A stretch of 64,000 bases of DNA from Intestinimonas butyriciproducens (GTDB lineage Bacteria > Bacillota > Clostridia > Oscillospirales > Butyricicoccaceae), in contig NZ_JACJKW010000004.1 in the NCBI RefSeq assembly GCF_016901775.1, positions 1-64,000 on the forward strand, given 5' to 3'. Both the position numbers and the translations under genes were made by a program. Below, piece by piece: positions 57,122-64,000 of this stretch (position 1 is its first letter; every line of letters begins with the position of its first letter). The notes under the pieces are model-generated. The model saw nothing but the letters and a program-made list of their open reading frames with translations, was not told the origin of the DNA and did not search any database.

Positions 57122-58177
57122 ATGGCACAAGGAAAACGAGTAGTACGAAAAAAACGCCGTCGTCGCCATCGGGGCCGGGTCCTTTTCTGCTGGCTGCTGA
57201 TTTTGCTGGGCCTGGGTGGTGTGGGTTTTTATTTTTGGAGAATGATGACTTCCTATGATTACAATCCCTTAGACGACAGCGATCTGGGCATTGTGCAGCC
57301 CCAGCAGCCGGTGAGCGACAAAATCACAAACATCGCCCTGTTCGGCGTGGACTCCCGAGCCGGGGAAAATTCCCGGTCCGACGCCATGATCATCCTGTCA
57401 GTAGATCCCAAGCGTGGGAAAGTCAAGATGTCCTCCCTGATGCGTGACGCCTATGTGGAGATCGACGATCACGGCATGACCAAGCTATGCCACGCCTATG
57501 CTTATGGCGGGCCGGAGCTGGCCATCAAGACCATCAACCAGAATTTCCAAATGGACATCAGCGAATATGCCACCGTCAACTTTAACCAGATGGCCGATAT
57601 CATCGATGCCATCGGCGGTGTGGAACTGGAGGTCTCCCAGGCCGAAATGGACGAAGCCAACGACGCACTGTGGGAGTATTGTGTGTTCAACGACCTGATC
57701 TGGGATGATTACAAATTCACCGAACCGGGGCTTCAGACCCTGAACGGTCCTCAGGCCGTGGCTTACGGGCGCATCCGCAAAGGGGCCACCGGCGGCGATG
57801 CGGCCCGCACCAGCCGCCAGCAGGAGATTCTGGAAAAGATGATGGACAAGGTGATGGATATGAGCATTGTGAAATATCCCTCCCTGGCCGCAAAACTCCT
57901 GCCCATGGTGGAAACCAGCCTTTCCTCCAAAGAGATTCTTTCTCTGGCCACCCAGGTGCTTTCCGGCGGCAAGCCGGACATCGAACGGGCTACCTTCCCC
58001 TGCGAGGGTGAATGGTCGGAAAAACGCACCTCCAGCGGTCTTTCCGTGGTGGCCTACGAAGATGCATTGGCTGTAAAGCGCCTGCACGCATTCATCTATG
58101 ACGATCTGTCCATCGAGGAACAGAAAGCCCAGGAGCAATCCTCCGGCAGCACTGACACCGATACCGATACGCCATAA
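57122..58177 (+). CDS. LytR-CpsA-Psr (LCP) family cell-envelope phosphotransferase.
   Basis: N-terminal basic region plus TM segment. LCP core SDAMIILSVDP...KLCHAYAYGG. The start could instead be 57086. Confidence 0.8.
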   Translation: MAQGKRVVRKKRRRRHRGRVLFCWLLILLGLGGVGFYFWRMMTSYDYNPLDDSDLGIVQPQQPVSDKITNIALFGVDSRAGENSRSDAMIILSVDPKRGKVKMSSLMRDAYVEIDDHGMTKLCHAYAYGGPELAIKTINQNFQMDISEYATVNFNQMADIIDAIGGVELEVSQAEMDEANDALWEYCVFNDLIWDDYKFTEPGLQTLNGPQAVAYGRIRKGATGGDAARTSRQQEILEKMMDKVMDMSIVKYPSLAAKLLPMVETSLSSKEILSLATQVLSGGKPDIERATFPCEGEWSEKRTSSGLSVVAYEDALAVKRLHAFIYDDLSIEEQKAQEQSSGSTDTDTDTP

Positions 58178-58353
58178 CATTCAACCATACTTTTTATCGC
58201 GATCTGTGAATACGGCCAGAACTTCCGTAACAAGCGGTCAGACTGTATGTGCTTCCACATCGGCCCTAATGGGAGATCTGAGCCGCTTCCAGTTGGCGAT
58301 TGACCGCATCAAAAATAAGAGCATCGATTTGTGATCAATGGAGGAAAAAGTCA

Positions 58354-58554
58354 ATGGACTATTTATGGCTGCTGGCTTTGCTGATTTTAGGGGGCTGTAT
58401 GCTATGTTATCCAAAAACATTATGGAAGATAGAGAATCTATTAACGGTCAAGAATGGTGAGCCATCCGAATTATATTTATTTTTGATGCGGATCGGCGGC
58501 GTATTTTTTATTCTTTGTTCGCTCGGCATAACCGTGTATCTATTGATGAAATAA
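58354..58554 (+). CDS. Small hypothetical membrane protein (66 aa) in a low-GC region.
   Basis: GGAGG RBS 9 nt before the ATG. Two hydrophobic helices. Confidence 0.45.
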   Translation: MDYLWLLALLILGGCMLCYPKTLWKIENLLTVKNGEPSELYLFLMRIGGVFFILCSLGITVYLLMK

Positions 58555-59013
58555 ACCGCCCTTATCGGCATTCTGCTCTGGCCTTGTATCCTATCGTATC
58601 TAAAAAGCTCTAATAAAAAGCCGCTGTAAAGCATTGGATGGTTTTACAGCGGCTTTTTATATCCATCCCCATGCCACCATACATGGAAAAATCTGTGAAC
58701 ACACAGAAAAAGACAGTTTTTGAAAAATCTTTCTATCGTTACTTGGAAAAAAGCAGAGGAGATGCTATCAAAAGGGAACTATCTTACCACTGTTCCCTAT
58801 AAAATCTCGGAACTGGAATATATCCGCAAAGTAGAGCTTGTTTATCGCAGCGAAACATACGATACATACTTCATGCTTTATTACTGCTTCTATGTAGAAT
58901 TGCCTGAGCAAGAAGGGAAAAATGGACTGAAAACCTATGGCACATATTGTGTACCAGCGGTAAGATCTGATCATATTTCCAACATTCCAACATCGGCAGG
59001 AAACTTTAACCAG

Positions 59014-59059
59014 CCAAAACAAAACGCCGCAAGAAGTATCTTGCGGCGTTTTGTTTTGG
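59014..59059. terminator. 20-bp-arm perfect inverted repeat (CCAAAACAAAACGCCGCAAG aagtat CTTGCGGCGTTTTGTTTTGG); bidirectional terminator-like.
   Basis: Read directly. Abuts the tRNA-like fragment. Confidence 0.7.
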
Positions 59060-59086
59060 CACCCCCAATAGGAATCGAACCTATAA
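59057..59086 (-). other. tRNA 3'-end-like fragment (T-arm ATAGG-TTCGATT-CCTAT, acceptor 3' strand TGGGGGT, discriminator G, CCA) with no 5' half; candidate att core or integration scar.
   Basis: The reverse complement reads ...AGTTATAGGTTCGATTCCTATTGGGGGTGCCA. No matching 5' acceptor, D-arm or anticodon arm upstream. Confidence 0.5.
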
Positions 59087-59241
59087 CTGCCCCTTAGGAG
59101 TGAGGTTGAGCCAATGAACCGCCGTGTTCCACAGTATCCTTACACATTTTATTGTGAAATACTAACACAAAACGGTCTTTGATGCAAGTGTCTCTTTGTG
59201 CATATTTTGCATCATGGCGTGTCGTCGGGATGAAAAACTGC

Positions 59242-59288
59242 TGATTAGCAAAGAATTAGCACACCCTTGATTAGCAGAAAATTAGCAG
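59242..59288 (+). repeat. Iteron-like direct repeats: 2x (TGATTAGCA-RAGAATTAGCA), giving four ATTAGCA cores; upstream of the ICE HTH gene.
   Basis: Read directly. Confidence 0.6.
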
Positions 59289-59382
59289 AAATCATCCCAC
59301 TTGCAATGTGTTTCTTCATGTAACTATGCGCTTTTTCAAGCCATCTTGCTTGTGGGGGAACTACCTTGAAAGGAGCTTCCTC

Positions 59383-60519
59383 ATGTTAGGCTATCAAGTT
59401 GAAATCAAGCAGCTCGTGGATTACCCCCGTTGCCGAGTACATCGGGAATTTATCCAAACGCTCATCGCAGACCGGAGCCTCCGAACCAACAACGGATGCT
59501 CCGGCCTTTTTTATTATGCCGTCCTCTGCTCCTATGCCAACTTCCGCACCTCCTACCGGCGGATCGATGGCATCACCTACACGATTTATCCTGGCGAATG
59601 GGTCTGCACATTTAAGGAACTGGCAGAATGGCTGCGCCTCCGAACAAAGCGGCGCATCTTTGACGTCCTGGACAGGCTTCAGGATGACCACCTGATCGAC
59701 TACAAGATTTTGGGGCGGGACAAGCTGGTGCGCTATCAGATCAAGGACTGGCGGCGGCATAACACTGTCCTGGACTATAACTGCCCCTGCCAAAAGGACA
59801 CAGGCTTCTACTTCCTCCCCGTGTCAACGGCCACCGACCTGATCAGCGTCGGCAGATGCTCAGAAATGGACATCCTGCTGGATCTCTGGATCTCAGCGGT
59901 CTACAATGATGAACGGGTACAGGGTTCCTTTACCGGGCCGGTAGCCTATTTCCGAAACGGGAGCGGGAAGCCGCTGGTGTCCTATGCGGATCTCGCCGCC
60001 CGCTGGGGGATCTCGAAGGCGACGGTTGGCCGGGTGCTGAAGAAGCTCTCCCGGCTGGGCCATATTACACTGGTGACCTTCCCAGGGCGCCACGGGACAG
60101 CCATCTACTTGAAAAACTATCTCTCCACCATGTTTCAAATCTCCGATGTCATGGTGGACAAGGCGGAGGTAGCCCTCTCGCTGAACATCAAGTTTCTTCC
60201 GCCCGACACGGAGCCAGAGGCGGCGGAGCGTTTCGCCTGCGGCCCAACGAGACTGCTTTTCGTTTCAAAAGCGTTCATGGACAATGTGGCGCAGAATGTC
60301 CTGCAACTCCTTGAGCGGCAAGGGGTTGCGTGCTCTCAATGCCCCCGTTGCTCCTATCAGTTATATCCATTATCCGACGATGGAAAGGGTGAGTGTATGG
60401 GAGAGCAGGAACAGCCGCATCGGTTCCGCATGGAGGTTTTCTGCGGCCCGGGTACTCCCCGCTATGTATTTGTCCTGTCCCTTGGCATCCTGCAGGAAGG
60501 GGTGACGGAGCATGGCTAA
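59383..60519 (+). CDS. ICE-associated HTH-domain protein with a C-terminal Cys cluster (replication-initiator / regulator-like).
   Basis: RBS AAAGGAG. HTH motif LAARWGISKATVGRVLKKLSRLG. Cys cluster CSQCPRC. Confidence 0.6.
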   Translation: MLGYQVEIKQLVDYPRCRVHREFIQTLIADRSLRTNNGCSGLFYYAVLCSYANFRTSYRRIDGITYTIYPGEWVCTFKELAEWLRLRTKRRIFDVLDRLQDDHLIDYKILGRDKLVRYQIKDWRRHNTVLDYNCPCQKDTGFYFLPVSTATDLISVGRCSEMDILLDLWISAVYNDERVQGSFTGPVAYFRNGSGKPLVSYADLAARWGISKATVGRVLKKLSRLGHITLVTFPGRHGTAIYLKNYLSTMFQISDVMVDKAEVALSLNIKFLPPDTEPEAAERFACGPTRLLFVSKAFMDNVAQNVLQLLERQGVACSQCPRCSYQLYPLSDDGKGECMGEQEQPHRFRMEVFCGPGTPRYVFVLSLGILQEGVTEHG

Positions 60520-61057
60520 AAAGCCCGTTGAGAAAAAGGTGGAAGACGATCCCCGCTACCACGACACCTGGCGCCTGTTGAAAAAGTACCGGGATGTGGT
60601 GTGGAGCCTGGAACTGTCCGTCCAGCAGTTGAAAAAGCAGTTTGAAGTGGAGTATGGGAGCAGTATCGAGGATTTTCTGGAGTCTGTCTACCTGGCCGGC
60701 GCAGATCTGGGCGGCACGGAGATTGAAAACCACGCCCGCTGCATTGAGCGGAGCCACAAGATGCTTTCCCTGCTGAACCATTCTGTGGATCTTCTTCGCA
60801 CCCGGCATAAAAACGGCGAGGAGTACTACTGGATCTTGTACTTCACCTATCTCTCCCCCCAGCAACTGAAAAATGCGGAAGAAATCATTGAGCAGCTCCG
60901 GCCTCATATGCAGGACATCAGTTTTCCCACCTACTACCGCAAGCGCAAAAAGGCGGTGGAGGCCCTCAGTTCCATTCTCTGGGGATATACCTCCCAGGAG
61001 TGCCTGCTGATCTTGGAGCAGTTTTACCCGCCGGAGGAAGGTGCGGCCCGAAAGTAG
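60512..61057 (+). CDS. Hypothetical ICE protein (181 aa).
   Basis: Overlaps the upstream gene by 8 nt. No family recognised. Confidence 0.55.
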   Translation: MAKKPVEKKVEDDPRYHDTWRLLKKYRDVVWSLELSVQQLKKQFEVEYGSSIEDFLESVYLAGADLGGTEIENHARCIERSHKMLSLLNHSVDLLRTRHKNGEEYYWILYFTYLSPQQLKNAEEIIEQLRPHMQDISFPTYYRKRKKAVEALSSILWGYTSQECLLILEQFYPPEEGAARK

Positions 61058-61314
61058 AATCTGTCCTGTTTCCCTCTGCTGATAGAGAATTGATACAGTT
61101 TTGAGAGTGAATTGAGAGGGTTTTGTTATTGTGCGGATAATCTTGATGTGGTACACTGGTCATGCTCAAAACTGTCCCTAAAACTGAAAACATCCGCAAA
61201 AGGCGCTTGCAGCGTCTTTTTTTCTGCCCTTTTGCGGGATCAAGACAGCACCTGGACCATCAGGTGCTGTCTTTGTTTTCAGCGGGAAAACTCGTCAAAG
61301 GAGGTCTTTTTCAG

Positions 61315-61701
61315 TTGAAACCGGAAAAAACGCCGCCCAATCAGCCGAGGCGAAGGGGCCCGAACTTCGCCCGTATCCTCTACATGGGTTATCTCTGTGT
61401 CTGTCTGAGCGTATGCTTTGCCTCTCCCGCATCAGCGGCCACCATTTGGGAGAAAGCGAGCGAGATCATGCAGGATGTCTACACGCAGATCCTCACCATC
61501 TCGACTATTGCGGCCATCGTCACCGCATCCGTGGCGCTCTTGATGATGAACTTCTCCCGCTCCGGCCGAACAGTCGAGGAGTCCCGGGCATGGCTCAAGC
61601 GGATCATCATCACCTGGGTCATCCTCAACGGCCTCGGATTCATTATGGCGTATGTTACGCCCTTCTTCCAGGGGGGCCAGTGGACGCCGTCCAGTCCCTA
61701 A
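61315..61701 (+). CDS. Small exported two-helix membrane protein; conjugative pilin-like (TrbC/VirB2-type topology).
   Basis: TTG start with AAGGAGG RBS. Signal-peptide-like N-terminus followed by two hydrophobic helices. Confidence 0.45.
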   Translation: MKPEKTPPNQPRRRGPNFARILYMGYLCVCLSVCFASPASAATIWEKASEIMQDVYTQILTISTIAAIVTASVALLMMNFSRSGRTVEESRAWLKRIIITWVILNGLGFIMAYVTPFFQGGQWTPSSP

Positions 61702-61707
61702 CCGCCT

Positions 61708-62418
61708 ATGGGAATTTTAGATGGCATTGTGGCCTGGATCGCGGAGCAAGTCATGCACGGCCTGGACTTGATCAATACATCAGTTTTGGGCGCTCTTGGC
61801 TGTGATATGTCCGTCTTTCTCCGCTATTTCCCTGCCGCAGAAACCATGTATGAGGTCTTTGTGGCTCTTGCCATCGGCCTGATCCTGCTGATCTGGATTT
61901 GGAACCTGGTCAAGAACTTCGGGCTTGGCCTTGGCACTGAAGCGGAAGATCCCGTGAAACTGAGCATACGGTCGGTCCTGTTCATTCTGCTGGCCTATTA
62001 TGCCAATGAAATTGTGGATCTCGTTCTCGGCATCGGCGGAACACCCTATGACTGGATCATGAATTCGGCTCTGCCAAGTCTGGATTTCGCGAGCTTTAAC
62101 TCGGTCATGCTTACCATCATCGGGGTCTGTGCAAGCGGAGCGGTGACGATCATCGTGCTGATTTTGGTGCTGATCCTCGCCTGGAACTATCTGAAATTAC
62201 TGTTTGAGGCGGCGGAGCGGTATGTTCTGCTGGGCATCCTGGTCTATACGGCGCCCGTAGCATTTGCGATGGGGTCCTCCCAGGCTACCTCCAATATTTT
62301 CAGGAGCTGGTGCCGGATGTTCGGCGGCCAGATTTTTCTGCTCCTGATGAACGCATGGTGCCTGCGGCTCTTTGTTAGCATGGTAGGCTCCTTCATTTCC
62401 AATCCGCTTTCCATTTGA
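61708..62418 (+). CDS. VirB6/TrbL-like polytopic conjugal transfer membrane protein.
   Basis: 236 aa, 5-6 TM segments. Translationally coupled to the pilin-like gene. Confidence 0.55.
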   Translation: MGILDGIVAWIAEQVMHGLDLINTSVLGALGCDMSVFLRYFPAAETMYEVFVALAIGLILLIWIWNLVKNFGLGLGTEAEDPVKLSIRSVLFILLAYYANEIVDLVLGIGGTPYDWIMNSALPSLDFASFNSVMLTIIGVCASGAVTIIVLILVLILAWNYLKLLFEAAERYVLLGILVYTAPVAFAMGSSQATSNIFRSWCRMFGGQIFLLLMNAWCLRLFVSMVGSFISNPLSI

Positions 62419-62426
62419 CAGGGGGA

Positions 62427-63578
62427 ATGAAAACGAAAAAGAGCATTCAATTTACAAGCATCCTTGTGCTTGCGGTAATTTTTTCTGTGTCCCTCGCGTT
62501 GCCGGCCTCCGCGATCAGTGAGGCCGATGTGCAGGCACAGGTAGACGCTGTCGGCCGTGAAACCGTGACCGGGAACGTGCTGATCTGGTTTTTGTGCGCC
62601 ATCGGCTTTCTCAAAGCGGCCCAAAAGATCGACAGCTTTATGGCCAGCCTGGGCGTCAATGTGGGACACACCGGCGGCTCCATGCTGGCAGAGGCGCTGA
62701 TCGCGGCCAGGGGTGTGGGGACGATTGCCGGCGCGATGGGTCACTCTTTGGGCGCTGCCGGCGGACATCGGGGCAGTTCCGGCGGAAACTCCGCCGCTGC
62801 ATCGGCAGGCGGCTTTTTCAAGGGCGGCCTGATCGGTATGGCCCGGCGCAAGGCTACCAGCGATGCAGTGAGGAGCGCGACATCCAGCACATCGGCCGTC
62901 CGCTCTGAACAGGTCAAGTCCACATCTGAGCAAACCGCCAGCCATTCCGCCCATACCAGCGAGCAGGCCGGTGTCAGGCAGACTGCCACCCATGAGGGAC
63001 ATCAGACTGTCCAGCAAACCGCGGCGAAGACGGCGGAGCATACCAGCCATACCGCCTCAGAAGTGACCCGTACACAACATCATACTGCCTCTTCCTTCCA
63101 GGGCGTCGGGTTGGGCGGCGCGATTTTTGCCAAGTCCTTACTGAAGGGCGGAGATTTCGCCAATGACGTGATCGGCACCGTTGCCCGGGGCGACATCCGC
63201 TCCGCAGGCTCCATCACCGGCGATCTTGCGGCGCAGTCCCTCCAGTCGTATCTGGGTTATACGGCGCTGGGGGCGGACGCCAAGGACACGCCGGCGTTCA
63301 CAAATGTGGAGATCGGCGGTGGCCGGATCACTGGGACCGAGACGGCTCCCGGCAGTTCGGAGGGCGTCGCTTTCGGGATGTACCATGCGGATCAATATAC
63401 CGAGCCGAAGGGGGACTTTACAAAAGTCCATGCCGCTGACGGCTCCCTTTGGTACAAGCAGTACGCCCAGGACGCTGTGGAGCGCAAGCCCTACAATGCG
63501 CCGGATGGCACAGTCGCTTACCAGGAGAGCATCGTCAAGAGGCTGCCTGATCCGCCCAAGCGTAAGGACCGACTGTAA
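62427..63578 (+). CDS. Secreted ICE protein with a Gly/Ser/Thr/His-rich low-complexity centre.
   Basis: Signal peptide MKTKKSIQFTSILVLAVIFSVSLALPASA. Confidence 0.5.
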   Translation: MKTKKSIQFTSILVLAVIFSVSLALPASAISEADVQAQVDAVGRETVTGNVLIWFLCAIGFLKAAQKIDSFMASLGVNVGHTGGSMLAEALIAARGVGTIAGAMGHSLGAAGGHRGSSGGNSAAASAGGFFKGGLIGMARRKATSDAVRSATSSTSAVRSEQVKSTSEQTASHSAHTSEQAGVRQTATHEGHQTVQQTAAKTAEHTSHTASEVTRTQHHTASSFQGVGLGGAIFAKSLLKGGDFANDVIGTVARGDIRSAGSITGDLAAQSLQSYLGYTALGADAKDTPAFTNVEIGGGRITGTETAPGSSEGVAFGMYHADQYTEPKGDFTKVHAADGSLWYKQYAQDAVERKPYNAPDGTVAYQESIVKRLPDPPKRKDRL

Positions 63579-63589
63579 TTAGGAGGTCT

Positions 63590-64000
63590 ATGAAACACGA
63601 AGAACGGGACATCTACACGATCCCACCCAATTTTATCGAGGGCGGCACCCTGCTGGGCGGTATGTTCAGGACCCGGAATGTGGTGGAGGCCGGCATCCTC
63701 GCCGTGGCTATGGGCGGTCCGGTCCTTTCTCTGCACTTTTCCCTTACCGTCCGCATCATCATTCTCTGTTTCACCGCCCTGCCTCTGGCGCTTGTGGCCC
63801 TCATCGGCATCAACGGCAGCAGCCTGTCCTCATTTTTCATCCAGTTGTTTAGTTTCCTCCGAAATCGGAGGGTGCTGTCGGCAGACGAACCGACGGACAC
63901 ACCGAAGAAAAAGCCGATCCTCCCAAGTTGGGCCAGACGCAAGCCGCCAAAGCCGGCGGCCGAGGACGAACAGGAGCGGCCCAAAAGCCGCAATCGCCTT
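63590..64000 (+). CDS. PrgI/VirB3-like small membrane protein (5' part; continues beyond the window).
   Basis: AGGAGG RBS. MKHEERDIYTIPPNFIEGGTLLGGMFRTRNVVEAG. Two TM segments. No stop codon before the window end. Confidence 0.5.
   Translation, partial: MKHEERDIYTIPPNFIEGGTLLGGMFRTRNVVEAGILAVAMGGPVLSLHFSLTVRIIILCFTALPLALVALIGINGSSLSSFFIQLFSFLRNRRVLSADEPTDTPKKKPILPSWARRKPPKPAAEDEQERPKSRNRL

Larger units (their letters stand above)
59057..64000 (+). mobile_element. Left end (about 5 kb) of an integrated conjugative element or conjugative transposon with a type IV secretion-like module. The right end and the integrase lie outside the window.
   Basis: tRNA-like junction fragment, iteron-like repeats, HTH/replication-like gene, pilin-like protein, VirB6-like protein, secreted protein, VirB3-like gene order. 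Confidence 0.55.

Noticed and set aside
58720-59097. 125-aa ORF in the low-GC region upstream of the ICE junction.
   Set aside because: It reads through a 46-bp perfect palindrome and the tRNA-like fragment and has a weak start context. It is probably not a real CDS, or at most a shorter one.

Overview
High-GC (about 60%) chromosomal segment from a spore-forming Firmicute, probably Clostridia. The evidence for that is an intact pro-sigma-K gene, the WalR-WalK-YycH-YycI-(murA)-WalJ-RlmH operon, SLH-domain proteins and an LCP protein. Most genes lie on the minus strand and are housekeeping (glnS, gltX, metG, gap, murA, thiI plus cysteine desulfurase, cinA, tatD, rlmH, tRNA-Arg, tRNA-Gly) or accessory: two paralogous S9 peptidases flanking a GNAT acetyltransferase and a beta-lactamase-like serine hydrolase, a MATE exporter, a ferredoxin/polyferredoxin/ArsR operon divergent from a P2-type (Ca-like) ATPase, NfeD-flotillin, and EamA/APC/ArsB-like permeases. 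The most interesting signals are non-coding. A previously undescribed-looking family of 125-190 bp terminator-associated repeats is present five times. It is built from two covarying bidirectional-terminator hairpins around a variable core. Three copies, and also an XRE-DUF3796 two-gene cassette, sit between long direct duplications (19-34 bp) of host terminator hairpins, which looks like an insertion signature. There is also a pair of about 102-bp structured direct repeats with compensatory hairpin changes upstream of the gltX promoter, a 54-bp x2 repeat in the metG leader, a 46-bp hairpin repeat pair at the window start, a putative yybP-ykoY Mn riboswitch before mntP, and palindromic 20-mer arrays. 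Two low-GC islands are present: an alpha/beta hydrolase at 5.1-6.4 kb, and 58.2-59.1 kb, which ends at a tRNA-like 3' fragment marking the left junction of an integrated conjugative element (HTH protein with iteron-like repeats, pilin-like protein, VirB6/TrbL-like protein, secreted protein, PrgI/VirB3-like protein) that runs off the window end. No CRISPR array, rRNA or canonical T-box was found.
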